Below are positions 35,087 through 45,190 of a stretch of DNA of 56,564 bases, one piece after another. The DNA comes from Methanobacteriota archaeon (GTDB lineage Archaea; JAADCQ01; Methanopyri; Methanopyrales; Methanopyraceae), in assembly GCA_027064305.1 (NCBI GenBank), contig JAMOPY010000040.1:1-56564 (forward strand), written 5' to 3'. The first letter of the stretch is position 1. The number at the start of each line of letters is the position of its first letter. The position numbers were made by a program, and so were the translations under genes. The notes under the pieces are model-generated. The model did not search any database, was not told where the DNA came from, and saw only the letters and a list, made by a program, of their open reading frames with translations.

Positions 35087-37291
35087 GTGGAGCGTAGGGA
35101 CGCGGTTCTGGCGCTCCTAACTTTCTTGCTCGGGGCGGGGATCGCGTCCCCCGCCCTGAACTACGGTTGGAACTGGTTCCCGAGCGGGGCCGACGCGCGG
35201 GGCCACATGACCAAGGTCTGGATGCTCGAGCGACTGTGGTCGCTCGGGGATCGTCCCTATCCACCGTGGTCCGACTACTGGTACTGCGGGTATCCTTTCC
35301 TGTGGTACTACCCGCCCCTCTCCTACTTCGTCCCCGCCCTGATGAGCCGCGCCACGGGGGCCGACGTGCTCACGGCGTGGAAGGTCTGGACCGTCCTCGC
35401 GTACGCGCTGGCGGGGCCCACCGTCTACGCGACGGCCCGACTCTTCGGGGCGGGACCGGCGTCCGCGTTCCTTGCGGCCTTCCTGTACCAGACCTCGTAC
35501 AACCACCTGGAGATCACGTTCACCGAGGGTCGCATTCCCACCGTCGCGGCCGTGGCCCTGTACGCGCTGGTTCCGGGACTCCTCGTCGCGCTGTACGACC
35601 CGCGCCGGGACCGGCGCAGGCTCGCCGGCCTTCTCGCCCTACTCCTCGCGCTGACGCTGCTCACGCACCACAGCACCGGTCTGGCCGCCCTGGCCCTGTG
35701 CCTCGCGTACGCGCTCCTGCGACTCCTTCACGCGACCGCCCAGGCGCTCCGGGGTCGGCTCGCGGTCCCGGACCTCCTGCCCGACCTGCCGGGCCACTTC
35801 TGGTCCCTCACGGCCGTGGTCCTCGCGCTGATGATCGCCGCCTGGTGGCTTTACCCCGCCCTGCACTACCGGACGTACCTGTATACGACCAAGCCCCGCT
35901 GGTGGGTGCACATGTCCTCGGTTCACGACCCGCTCGACCTCTTCGTGCCCGGGTACTGGAAGACGCGCTACGCCAAGTACGTCGGGGCCGCCCAGTTCTT
36001 CCTGGGCTGGGCGGGACTACTCCTGGCGGTCCGGCGCCGGTCCCGCGCCTTCCTGCCTTTCGCCGCGCTGCTCCCGTTGGCCGTCTTCCTCTCCTTCGGG
36101 CTCGTGCTGCAGCGGGAGATGGAGGCGATCGGGTTCGAGCCCAAGTGGTTCCTGATGTTCTCGACCCCGGTGCTGTGCGCGTTCGGGGGGCTGGCGGTCG
36201 AGCGGCTCCGGGCCGCCGTGAGCCCGCGCCGGCTCGCCCCGGTGCTGGCCCTGCTCTGCTGCGGGTGCCTCTGCGACGCGGCCCTGGGCCTCTACCACGC
36301 GGACCGTCCCGTGCACTACACCCGGTCCGAGCTGGCCGCGCTGCTGTGGGTGAAGGGGCACGCGGGCCCGTGGGACCGGGTGGCCGTGGTGGGGTACCGG
36401 GCGATGTGGGGGATGTCCCCGTACCTGACGGGGAGGCCGGCCGTGTTCGGCTGGTTCCGTGAGGGTACGACGATCCGGGACGTGATCGTTCAGTACCAGC
36501 GCTCCTTCAAGCGGAGGGAGGTGCACCGCGCGCTGTTCATCGGTCGGGTGCTGGGGACCCGCTACCTGGTGCTCAGCGCCCGCAAGCCGTACGCCCGGGA
36601 GTGCATGCGCGAGCTGCGGAGGCTGGGGCTGCGGCCCGTGCGGGACTACCGGTGGGTGCGGGTGTACGAGTTCCGCGTCCCGATGGGGTACGAGCTGGAC
36701 GGGGTGAAGTCGGTCTTCCTGGGCAACAAGTACCGGTACATGAGGTTGTGCAGGCTGGCCCGGTTCGACCCGAGGGTGGTGCCGGCCTACGCCTTCACCC
36801 GGAGCGTGCGGTGTCGGCTGGTTCGGGAGGCGCGCCCGGAGGTGGTCGTGATGGATCGGGCGCCCACGCCGGAGCAGGTGCGGGAGCTGCGGAGGTTGGG
36901 GGTGCGGAGGGTCCTGGTGATGACGTACGGGCCGGGCCGGGTGGAGACGGTGGAGGGGGTGCCGGTCCGTTACCTGCGTCCGCTGGAGATCGTCCGGGAG
37001 CTACCCCGCCGGCACCTGCGCCCGGTCGCCGTGCGCCTGGGGCACGCGCGGGTGTGGGTGGGGGGTCGGGGACTCGTGTGGGTGAAGGTGCCGTACTTCC
37101 CGTGCTGGCGGCCGGTCCGGGGGGAGCGGTTGGGTGGTATCGACAACATGTTGCTGATCCGAACGCCGGGGCCGACGGTGGTAGCGTTCCGGTGGAGGCC
37201 GTCCGGGTGGGTGTGTTCGGTCTCGGTAGCGGGGTTGGGGGTGTCGCTGCTGTTGGTGGCCCGGCGTCGGTCCGGTTCCCGATTGTTTTGA
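35087..37291 (+). CDS. PTPS-related (GT-C-like) membrane protein
   Basis: D..GH..K, WSDYWYCGYPFLWYYPPL, many TM segments and a soluble C-terminus. Confidence 0.8.
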   Translation: MERRDAVLALLTFLLGAGIASPALNYGWNWFPSGADARGHMTKVWMLERLWSLGDRPYPPWSDYWYCGYPFLWYYPPLSYFVPALMSRATGADVLTAWKVWTVLAYALAGPTVYATARLFGAGPASAFLAAFLYQTSYNHLEITFTEGRIPTVAAVALYALVPGLLVALYDPRRDRRRLAGLLALLLALTLLTHHSTGLAALALCLAYALLRLLHATAQALRGRLAVPDLLPDLPGHFWSLTAVVLALMIAAWWLYPALHYRTYLYTTKPRWWVHMSSVHDPLDLFVPGYWKTRYAKYVGAAQFFLGWAGLLLAVRRRSRAFLPFAALLPLAVFLSFGLVLQREMEAIGFEPKWFLMFSTPVLCAFGGLAVERLRAAVSPRRLAPVLALLCCGCLCDAALGLYHADRPVHYTRSELAALLWVKGHAGPWDRVAVVGYRAMWGMSPYLTGRPAVFGWFREGTTIRDVIVQYQRSFKRREVHRALFIGRVLGTRYLVLSARKPYARECMRELRRLGLRPVRDYRWVRVYEFRVPMGYELDGVKSVFLGNKYRYMRLCRLARFDPRVVPAYAFTRSVRCRLVREARPEVVVMDRAPTPEQVRELRRLGVRRVLVMTYGPGRVETVEGVPVRYLRPLEIVRELPRRHLRPVAVRLGHARVWVGGRGLVWVKVPYFPCWRPVRGERLGGIDNMLLIRTPGPTVVAFRWRPSGWVCSVSVAGLGVSLLLVARRRSGSRLF

Positions 37292-37303
37292 GTCTCGTAA
37301 CGA
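37283..37303. repeat. 21-bp palindrome, copy 7 (TTGTTTTG AGTCT CGTAACGA)
   Basis: At the junction of two convergent genes; right arm is perfect. Confidence 0.65.
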
Positions 37304-37317
37304 TACGCCGGGCGGGC

Positions 37318-38184
37318 TCAGAGACGCTCGGCGATGGCGTGCACGACGTCGCGCTCGGTGATGATGCCGACGAGCTCGCCCCCCTCCACGACGACCAGGC
37401 TGCCGACGTTGGCCCCGCGCATGGTGAGCACCGCCTCCTCGGCGTCGGTCTCGGGCTCGACGGTGATCACGTCCTCCGTCATGATGGACTCCACGGGCTC
37501 GCTCAGGACGTCCTCCACGCGGTCGGCGGCCCGGCCCTCGGTGGCCTGGGAGGAGACGTGGTGCAGCACGTCCGTCATGGTGACGATCCCCTGCAGCCGG
37601 CCCCCCTTCACCACGGGTAGCCGCCGGAACCCGCGCCGGAGCATGGTCCTCACGGCCTCCAGGATGGTGGTGCCCGGCTCGACGGTCTCGGGGTCCGGCG
37701 TCATGAGGTCCTCCACGCGCTCGTCCTCGAGCACCCGGTACAGGTCCATCGCGACGTCGCGCTCGGTGATGATGCCGACGAGGCGGTCGCGGTCCTCGAC
37801 GACGGGGAGGGCGCCCACGTCGAGCTCGAACATCGTGCGGACGGCCTTGCGGACGGTGTCGTACGGGGTGACGACGTACACGTCGGTCGTCATGATCGAG
37901 CGGGCGGGCTCGTGCAGGCCGAGGAGGAAGTTCCCGTCGTACCGTCGGTCGAGCAGCTCGCGCCGCTCCCCGGCGAGGTAATCGAGAACGTCGCGCCCGG
38001 TGACGAGCCCCACCAGGGACTCCCGCTCGGGCTCGATGATGGGGAGGCGGCGGAACCCGTACCGGGTCATCGTGTCGATGAGTCCCTTCACGGTCACCGT
38101 GGGCGGCACCGCGACGACGCGGGTCGTCGCGAGCCGCATGACGGAGGTCTCCGGGAGCCCGGAGGGCCCGGCCAGCACGGTCAC
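37318..38184 (-). CDS. CBS-domain protein (4 CBS)
   Basis: Repeated FRRLPI/V and LVGIITERD motifs. Confidence 0.9.
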   Translation of the reverse strand: MTVLAGPSGLPETSVMRLATTRVVAVPPTVTVKGLIDTMTRYGFRRLPIIEPERESLVGLVTGRDVLDYLAGERRELLDRRYDGNFLLGLHEPARSIMTTDVYVVTPYDTVRKAVRTMFELDVGALPVVEDRDRLVGIITERDVAMDLYRVLEDERVEDLMTPDPETVEPGTTILEAVRTMLRRGFRRLPVVKGGRLQGIVTMTDVLHHVSSQATEGRAADRVEDVLSEPVESIMTEDVITVEPETDAEEAVLTMRGANVGSLVVVEGGELVGIITERDVVHAIAERL

Positions 38185-38777
38185 TCCTCCTCCAGCTCGC
38201 TCTCGTCGATCTCCCGGCCCAGGATCTCCTCGTAGCACTCCGGGCAGACCCACATCCCGTCCACGAAGCGCAGCTCCTCCGAGTACGTCTCGCAGAGGTC
38301 GCACACGCCCTCGACCGTCTCCTCCACCTCCTCCGCCTCGCGCAGCTCCTCCTTGAACCGCTCCATCTCCTCCTCGATCGTCCGCAGGATGTGCGGCTCC
38401 ACGCGGAGGATGTCCTGCATGGTCACGATGCCCACGAGCCGGCCCTCCTCGTCCACGATCGGCAGCCGCCGGATCCCCTTATCCACCATGATCTCCACGG
38501 CCTCGTTCACGTCCACGTCCTCGTTGACCGTGATCACGGGCGAGGACATGATCTCCCGGGCGACCACCTCGTCCGGCCGGAGCCCGCGCGAGACGACCTT
38601 GATGACCAGGTCCCGCTCGGTCACGATCCCGATCGGCCGCTCCTCCTCGTCCACGATCACGACGCTGCCGATCCCGTGCTCCCGCATCTTGTAGGCCAGC
38701 TCCTCCGCGGTCTCGTTCTCCCCGCCCGTGACCACCCTGCGCTGGGCGATCTCTCCCACCGTGACGCTCCGCGCCAA
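38181..38777 (-). CDS. CBS-pair protein with C-terminal zinc ribbon
   Basis: IGSVVI, GIVTERD, IRRLPIV; CDLC...CPEC. Confidence 0.9.
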   Translation of the reverse strand: MARSVTVGEIAQRRVVTGGENETAEELAYKMREHGIGSVVIVDEEERPIGIVTERDLVIKVVSRGLRPDEVVAREIMSSPVITVNEDVDVNEAVEIMVDKGIRRLPIVDEEGRLVGIVTMQDILRVEPHILRTIEEEMERFKEELREAEEVEETVEGVCDLCETYSEELRFVDGMWVCPECYEEILGREIDESELEEE

Positions 38778-38952
38778 CGCCCCGATCCCCCGGACACCCC
38801 GCGCCCGCTCCAGGTATATCACCACCGGGAGCCGCGAGTGAACCGAGACGCTACTCGCCCCGAGGATGAAAACGGATAACTGCGATTCGCCCCGCGCCGC
38901 CGTCCTCCCGTATATAAACCGGGCGGGGGACGGATCCCCCGGGGTAGCCCGC

Positions 38953-40008
38953 ATGGCGGAGAAGGAGGTCTCGTTCGGGATCGAGCTGCTGCCGGACGAC
39001 AAGCCCACGAAGATCGCTCACCTGATCAAGGTGGCCGAGGACAACGGCTTCGAGTACGCGTGGATCTGCGACCACTACAACAACTACTCGTATATGGGCG
39101 TGCTGACCCTGGCGGCGGTGATCACGAGCAACATCCGGCTCGGGCCCGGAATCACGAACCCGTACACCCGACACCCGCTGGTCACGGCCAGCAACATCGC
39201 CACCCTGGACTGGATCTCCGGCGGCCGCGCCGTGATCGGCATGGGCCCGGGCGACAAGGCCACGTTCGAGAAGATGGGCATCCCCTTCCCGTGCAAGGTC
39301 CCGATCTGGAACTTCGAGAGCGAGGACGAGGTGGGCCCGGCGACCGCGATCCGCGAGGCCAAGGAGGTCATCTACGAGTACCTGAAGGGCGGGCCCGTCG
39401 AGTACGAGGGCGACTACGTGAAGACCGGGACCGCGGACGTGAACGCGCGCTCCATCCAGGGCGACAAGATCCCGTTCTACATGGGCGCCCAGGGCCCGAT
39501 CATGCTGAAGACCGCCGGTGAGATCGCGGACGGCGTGCTGGTGAACGCGTCCCACCCGAAGGACTTCGAGGAGGCCATCCCGCACATCGAGGAGGGAGCC
39601 AAGGAGGCGGACCGGAGCCTGGACGAGATCGACGTCGCCGCGTACACGTGCTTCTCCATCGACAAGGACGCGGACAAGGCCATCGAGGAGACGAAGATCG
39701 TCGTCGCGTTCATCGTCATGGGCGCGCCGGACGTCGTCCTGGAGCGGCACGACATCGACAAGGAGAAGGCCGAGCAGATCGCCGAGGCGATCGGCAAGGG
39801 CGACTTCGGCAAGGCCGTCAGCCTCGTCGACGAGGACATGATCGAGGCGTTCTCCATCGCCGGCGACCCGGACACGGTCGTCGACAAGATCGAGGAGCTG
39901 CTCAAGACCGGCGTGACGCAGGTGGTCGTCGGCTCACCGATCGGCCCGGACAAGGAGAAGGCCATCGAGCTCGTCGGCGAGGAGGTCATCCCGCACTTCA
40001 AGGAGTAG
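38953..40008 (+). CDS. mer: F420-dependent methylenetetrahydromethanopterin reductase
   Basis: FGIELLP, WICDHYNN, GITNPYTRHP, GPGDKATF, GAQGPIML, VGSPIGP; TATATAAA at 38911. Confidence 0.98.
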   Translation: MAEKEVSFGIELLPDDKPTKIAHLIKVAEDNGFEYAWICDHYNNYSYMGVLTLAAVITSNIRLGPGITNPYTRHPLVTASNIATLDWISGGRAVIGMGPGDKATFEKMGIPFPCKVPIWNFESEDEVGPATAIREAKEVIYEYLKGGPVEYEGDYVKTGTADVNARSIQGDKIPFYMGAQGPIMLKTAGEIADGVLVNASHPKDFEEAIPHIEEGAKEADRSLDEIDVAAYTCFSIDKDADKAIEETKIVVAFIVMGAPDVVLERHDIDKEKAEQIAEAIGKGDFGKAVSLVDEDMIEAFSIAGDPDTVVDKIEELLKTGVTQVVVGSPIGPDKEKAIELVGEEVIPHFKE

Positions 40009-40106
40009 CCCCCTCCACGCCCCCACCCCCTACTTCCATTCGACCTACTTCTACTCGAAAAAATACAAAGATCCCGGAGCAGGCGGTCACCGCGGGCCAC
40101 CGCGGC

Positions 40107-40556
40107 TTGCCCGTGTGGATGTCCGTGAAGCCCCGGTACGCCGACCTAATTCTGGACGGGCTGAAGACGGTCGAGGTGCGCCGGTGGCTGCCCACCACCA
40201 TCGCGAACGAGGACACGTGCGTGGTGTACGCCTCCAGCCCCACCAAGGCGGTCCTGGGCGAGGTCCGGATTGAAGGGATCCGCCGGGTGCGCGTGGACGA
40301 CAACCTGGACGAGCTCGCCGCCGCGGCCCGAGCGTCCCCCAGGGAGCTCCGGGAGTACCTCGACGGCAGGGACCACGCCTACCTGATCGAGCTCTCCAAC
40401 CCCAGGCGGTACCCGGAGCCGGTCCCGCTGCGGGAGCTGAAGCGGATCGTCCGGCGCGAGCTGGACCGCGAGTTCCACCCCAACCCGCTGTTCCGGATCG
40501 ACTACGAGCTGCTCAACGCGGTTCGCTCCGCCGCCGGCCTCCGCGTCTCGCTTTGA
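40107..40556 (+). CDS. ASCH/PUA-like domain protein
   Basis: MSVKPRYADLILDGLKTVEVRR, VYASSP..AVLGE, Y..PVPL. Confidence 0.85.
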   Translation: MPVWMSVKPRYADLILDGLKTVEVRRWLPTTIANEDTCVVYASSPTKAVLGEVRIEGIRRVRVDDNLDELAAAARASPRELREYLDGRDHAYLIELSNPRRYPEPVPLRELKRIVRRELDREFHPNPLFRIDYELLNAVRSAAGLRVSL

Positions 40557-40896
40557 TCAGCTCGAGCACCCGCCGCTTCTCCTCCTCGTCCTCCTCCAAC
40601 CGCTCGGCACCCCTCAGGATGCTCCCCTCGCCCACCCTCCTTACCTCGCGCAGCAGCAGCCTCGCCACCTCCTCCCGATGCACCAGGTCGCAGTTCTGGC
40701 AGCCCCACACCCGGGACCCGTTTCGGGACCGCACCCACTCACCCAGGTCCTCGTCCAGGCACGGGTACAGCGGGCAGAAGCACCAGGTGCAGTCCTGCCC
40801 CTCGAAGTGGCACGGGTAGTACTCGCAGTCCCTCCTCGGGCCGAGCGGCTCGCGCACGTCCTCCTCGTCCAGCCGCTCGAAGTACTCCCGGGCCAT
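40513..40896 (-). CDS. Cysteine-rich small-domain (zf-like) protein
   Basis: CEYYPCHFEGQDCTWCFCPLYPC...WGCQNCDLVH. Confidence 0.85.
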   Translation of the reverse strand: MAREYFERLDEEDVREPLGPRRDCEYYPCHFEGQDCTWCFCPLYPCLDEDLGEWVRSRNGSRVWGCQNCDLVHREEVARLLLREVRRVGEGSILRGAERLEEDEEEKRRVLELIKARRGGRRRSEPR

Positions 40897-40968
40897 GGGG
40901 TGCACGCGGCGCTCCCCCGATCGACACGGTAATATCTCGATCCGCAGCCGGGGTCGGGGGGATCCGAC

Positions 40969-41403
40969 TTGTTCAAAACGATCATGATCCCGACCGACGG
41001 GTCCGAGAACTCGAAGCGGGCGGCCGAGGTGGGGATCCGGCTCGCGAAGGAGTTCGACGCCAAGATCGTCGCCGTGCACGTGATCCCGCTCTGGAGCCCG
41101 CTGGGCACGAAACCCTCCTACGAGCTGCCCGAGGAGCTCGTGGAGGAGGCGGAGAGGGTGGTGAACGAGGTCTGCGAGATGGCCGAGGAGGAGGGGGTGG
41201 AGGCGGAGCCGGTCGTCGTGGAGTCCCCGTCCATCGTCCAGGGGATCGTGGAGGAGGCGCAGGACCGGGACGTGGACCTAATCGTGATGGGGACGCGGGG
41301 CCTGACCGGGGTGAAGGGATTCGTGCTGGGCAGCACGACGAAGGGGGTCATCGCCCGGGCCCCGTGCCCGGTGCTGGCCGTGCCTCCGGAGGAGTCGGAG
41401 TGA
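40969..41403 (+). CDS. Universal stress protein
   Basis: IMIPTDGSE, DLIVMGTRGLTG...LGSTT, PCPVL. Confidence 0.95.
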   Translation: MFKTIMIPTDGSENSKRAAEVGIRLAKEFDAKIVAVHVIPLWSPLGTKPSYELPEELVEEAERVVNEVCEMAEEEGVEAEPVVVESPSIVQGIVEEAQDRDVDLIVMGTRGLTGVKGFVLGSTTKGVIARAPCPVLAVPPEESE

Positions 41404-43341
41404 TCAGCCCCCTCGCTCCTCCACCCCCACCAGCCCGTACCCCACGTACACGAGCTTGTCCGGGGCGAGCGCGTCGATCACCTCCGACCGGTGCGTGATG
41501 ATGATCGCCGTGATCCCCAGCTCCCGGCACATCTCGGAGAAGCTGCGCGCCACCCGCATCGACGTCTTCGGGTCCAGGTGCGAGCAGAACTCGTCGATCA
41601 CGATCAGGTTCGCGCCCTCCGCGATCATCCGGGCCAGCCGGACCCGCTCCTTCTGACCCGGGGACAGGCGCTCGTAGGGGCTGCGGTACAGGACCGCGTC
41701 CGAGATCCCCGACCGGTTGAGGATCTCCACGGCCAGGTGCACGTCGCCCGTGACGGACACCAGGTCCTCGATGATGGTCACGCCCGGGTTGATGTCCGGC
41801 TCCACCTCACCCGGGATCATCGCCGCCAGCCGGGTGTTGTCGGGGAGCTCCACCCTCCCCTTGTCCGGCCGGTACATCTCCTCGACGAGCTCGCGCACGA
41901 CCTCCTCCGGCGTGGTGCCCATCGAGTAGAGGGCCCGCGACACGATGGGCGAGGAGAGCTTCCGGAGCAGCTCCCGCCGGATGGACTCCAGGAACTCATC
42001 GTGCGCGCCCATGATCATGCGTACGAGCGTCGTCTTGCCCGCCCCGCTGGGCCCCACGATCACCGCCAGCTCGCCCGGCTCCACCTCGAGGTTCACGTCC
42101 TGCAGCGCGTACTGCTGGATGCGCCGGTGCAGGACGCCGAACGCCTCCAACAGCTCCACGATCTCCCGGGGCAGCCCCTTCACGTCCAGCTCGGCCGTGA
42201 ACATCTTGTGCAGGCCCTTGACCCGGATTGGCCCCTCCAGCGGCTCCACCTCGAGCCGCTTCAGCCGGGATCGGTACAGCCGGCCCCCGTGCCGGCGCGC
42301 CAGCCGGTCCGACCGTAGGAACTCGGCGATCGCGCGCTTGGCCTCCCGCGTGAGCGGTTTCACCAGGTACGGCCGGCCCGAGCCCGTGTCCCAGAGGTAG
42401 ATGAAGCCGACGCTCTCGAAGATGGGGTGGTACCGGGCCATCTGCGCGATCACCTCGATCAGGTGCTTCTCCGCCTTCATCTCCGGCACGCGCGCCTCCC
42501 GGACCCACTCCACCGCCGCCCGGACCGCCGTGCGCCCGATCCCGTCCGCCCGGTACTCGGGGTGCACGACCACCCGGGCGATCCGCGCCGCGCGCGTGTC
42601 GCACCGGTGCAGGATCTCCTCCAGCGTCTTGCCCCGCTCCGGCTCGAACGTGGGGTGGAACCAGTCCTCGGAGAACACCTTCTCCCGGATGTTCCGCTCC
42701 ACGTCCCCGTCCAGCCGCCGGTTCAGCTTCGGGATGGGCGGGTCCACGCGCACGTACGCGACGATGTCCGGCTCGTACTCCTCCCCGTTGACCAGCTCCA
42801 GCACCATGAAGCGGGACGCGGGCAGCGAGCCCCGGATCGCCCGCAGCTCAACCCGCTCGGACCCGCACTTGGGGCACTCCTCCGGGCGGACGTTGGAGCG
42901 GATGACCTTCCCGCACTCCCGGCACGCCCAGATCGCCACCACGTCCTTCTCCGAGGCGTAGTGGTACTGCTCCAGGCTGACGATGTACTCGAAGTCCTCC
43001 CGGTAGATCGCCTCCCGGGCCCGGAGCTCGTACCGGTAGATCTCCCGGCCCAGCACGTCCGTGCGCTCCACGGTCAGCTCGGTCTCGAACGGGGGCCAGA
43101 CGCGCACCCACTCGCCCTCGTACTCCCGCTCCACGACCACGTCGTCCTCCTCGAGCGCGTCCACCTCCTCCCCCTCGGCGCCCCGGACGCGCACCCTCGT
43201 GCCCCGGGTCAGCCAGCCGGCGATCGTGCCGGGCAGGCGCAGGGTGACCCGCTCGCCCTCCTCCGTCTCGAGGACGACCCGACCCTCCCAGTAGTTTAAT
43301 CGCCGGCGCTTGAAGTCGTTCCTGACGGTACCAACGATCAA
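41404..43341 (-). CDS. GNAT acetyltransferase fused to an ABC-type ATPase, with zinc ribbon
   Basis: LEQYHY, CRECG..CPKCG, RIARVVVHPEYRADGIG, GPSGAGKTT, LSPGQKER, IDEF. Confidence 0.88.
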   Translation of the reverse strand: MIVGTVRNDFKRRRLNYWEGRVVLETEEGERVTLRLPGTIAGWLTRGTRVRVRGAEGEEVDALEEDDVVVEREYEGEWVRVWPPFETELTVERTDVLGREIYRYELRAREAIYREDFEYIVSLEQYHYASEKDVVAIWACRECGKVIRSNVRPEECPKCGSERVELRAIRGSLPASRFMVLELVNGEEYEPDIVAYVRVDPPIPKLNRRLDGDVERNIREKVFSEDWFHPTFEPERGKTLEEILHRCDTRAARIARVVVHPEYRADGIGRTAVRAAVEWVREARVPEMKAEKHLIEVIAQMARYHPIFESVGFIYLWDTGSGRPYLVKPLTREAKRAIAEFLRSDRLARRHGGRLYRSRLKRLEVEPLEGPIRVKGLHKMFTAELDVKGLPREIVELLEAFGVLHRRIQQYALQDVNLEVEPGELAVIVGPSGAGKTTLVRMIMGAHDEFLESIRRELLRKLSSPIVSRALYSMGTTPEEVVRELVEEMYRPDKGRVELPDNTRLAAMIPGEVEPDINPGVTIIEDLVSVTGDVHLAVEILNRSGISDAVLYRSPYERLSPGQKERVRLARMIAEGANLIVIDEFCSHLDPKTSMRVARSFSEMCRELGITAIIITHRSEVIDALAPDKLVYVGYGLVGVEERGG

Positions 43342-43366
43342 GGACGGCACCCCGGAGGTAGCGGGC

Positions 43367-44089
43367 TTGGAGATCCGGGTGGTCCTGGTCGAGCCCAAGT
43401 ACGATGGGAACGTGGGCCACGTGGCCCGGGTGATGAAGAACTTCGGGGTGAAGGAGCTTTTCCTCGTCCGACCCCGGGCCGAGCTCGGTGAGGTCTCGAT
43501 CGCCCGGGCGATGCACGCGGTGGACGTGCTGGAGCGCGCCCGGATCGTGAGCACGCTGGAGGAGGCCCTCGAGGACGTGGAGGCCGCCGTGGCCACCACC
43601 GCCGTGCTCGGCTCGACCCCCGCCCGGAACCCGCTGACCCCCTGGGAGGCCCGAGAGCAGCTCGCCGACCACGGGAAGGTCGCGCTGGTCTTCGGACCCG
43701 AGGACCGGGGCCTCCGCACGTGGGAGATCGAACTGTGCGACGCGACCGTGTTCATCCCCACCAGCGAGGAGTACCGCTCGATGAACCTGTCCCACGCCGT
43801 GGCCGTGCTCCTGTACGAGCTCACGAAGGACGAGCACGTGCCGGAGCGCTACGGCCGACCCGCGACCAAGCGGGAGAAGGAGGTGCTCGTGGGCGCGCTC
43901 GATCGGCTCATGCGCGCCCTCGGGATCGATGAGGTGCGTCGGGGGAACGTGCGAACGACGTTCCGTCGCTTCCTGGCCCGGGCCCGCTGCACCGACAAGG
44001 AGGTGAAGGCCCTGCTGTGGATCCTGGAGAAGGCCCGAAGGAGGGTGGAGGGGTACTCCCGCTCCGGCGACCCGGGGGGAGACCCGTGA
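43367..44089 (+). CDS. trmJ: TrmJ/YjtD SPOUT tRNA methyltransferase
   Basis: VVLVEPKYDGNVGHVARVMKNFG, VFGPEDRGL, IPTSEEYRSMNLSHAV; TTG after GGAGGT. Confidence 0.93.
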   Translation: MEIRVVLVEPKYDGNVGHVARVMKNFGVKELFLVRPRAELGEVSIARAMHAVDVLERARIVSTLEEALEDVEAAVATTAVLGSTPARNPLTPWEAREQLADHGKVALVFGPEDRGLRTWEIELCDATVFIPTSEEYRSMNLSHAVAVLLYELTKDEHVPERYGRPATKREKEVLVGALDRLMRALGIDEVRRGNVRTTFRRFLARARCTDKEVKALLWILEKARRRVEGYSRSGDPGGDP

Positions 44090-45183
44090 ACGTGGACTCC
44101 TCGATCCTCACGAACCTGATCTACATCATCCTCTCGTTCCTGGTGTTCTGGATCCTGGCGCAGCTCTACTACCGGTGGCTGCTCGTTCGGAGGATCCAGG
44201 GGGAGATCGACGAGATCTCCCGGATCGACGAGCGGGTCCAGGAGATCGTCGTCTCCCGGGCCCGGTGCGACCGGGACGAGGCCCGGACCATCGTCAAGCG
44301 CGCCGCGAACATGTTCATCGTGCAGCCCGTGCAGCTCGACCCGCACGGGATCATCGAGCGGCTGGAGAACCTCGTGGAGCGCAGCGAGGACAAGCTCCGT
44401 TCCTACGCCCGGATCCTGACCGGGAAGCGGAAGGGCGCGGACGTGGACAACATGAGCAAGGCCCTCAGCTGCGTGCTCACCATCCACGCCCTCACCCAGT
44501 ACCTCCGGCACCTCCTCCTCTCGGCCAAGAAGACGAACAACCTGCAGCTCCTCCTGCTCCTCACCATGGTCCTGCCCGAGCTCAAGCAGTACATCAAGAG
44601 CAACTACGAGGGCGCCAAGGCCTTTCTCGACTGCGTCCCCATCGGCGACAGCGTCGGCCCCATGGTCGCCGCCCGATTGATCGGGGACGCCGAGACGCGG
44701 GAGATCGAGCGGGACACCGTGGCGGCGGAGCGCGAGTACAAGGGGCGCCGCCTGGTCATCGTCAAGGCGAACGGCCCGGGCGGTAACCTGGGTCGACTGG
44801 GCCGCGCGGTCCGTCGGCTGGTGCGGGAGTACGGGGACGTGGCCAAGATCATCACCATCGACGCCGCCCTGAAGCTGGAGGGCGAGCGGACGGGGAAGGT
44901 GAGCGAGGGCGTGGGCGTCGCGATGGGCGACCCGGGGCACGAGAGCTACAAAATCGAGCAGATCGCCGCGGAAGAGGGGATCGACCTCGACGCGGTCGCG
45001 ATCAAGATGAGCGCGACCGAGGCCGTCACCCCGATGCCGAAGCCCGTGGTCGACGCCGTGGAGGAGGCCGCGAAGCGCGCGCTCCGGCTCGCCGAGGAGG
45101 CCCCCGAGGGCTCCACCGTCATCATCGTGGGCGTGGGGAACACCGTCGGCGTCCCGAACAACCGACCGTACACCGGGGGGTGA
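44086..45183 (+). CDS. DUF1512-family membrane-anchored protein
   Basis: PVQLDPHG, PIGDSVGP, KANGPG, IDAALKLEGE.TG.V.EGVGVAMG, GVGNTVG. Confidence 0.8.
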   Translation: MNVDSSILTNLIYIILSFLVFWILAQLYYRWLLVRRIQGEIDEISRIDERVQEIVVSRARCDRDEARTIVKRAANMFIVQPVQLDPHGIIERLENLVERSEDKLRSYARILTGKRKGADVDNMSKALSCVLTIHALTQYLRHLLLSAKKTNNLQLLLLLTMVLPELKQYIKSNYEGAKAFLDCVPIGDSVGPMVAARLIGDAETREIERDTVAAEREYKGRRLVIVKANGPGGNLGRLGRAVRRLVREYGDVAKIITIDAALKLEGERTGKVSEGVGVAMGDPGHESYKIEQIAAEEGIDLDAVAIKMSATEAVTPMPKPVVDAVEEAAKRALRLAEEAPEGSTVIIVGVGNTVGVPNNRPYTGG

Positions 45184-45190
45184 GCGCCGG

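Noticed and set aside
40092-40121. GCG near-cognate start for the ASCH gene
   Set aside because: In-frame TTG, GTG and ATG lie a few codons downstream and precede the domain
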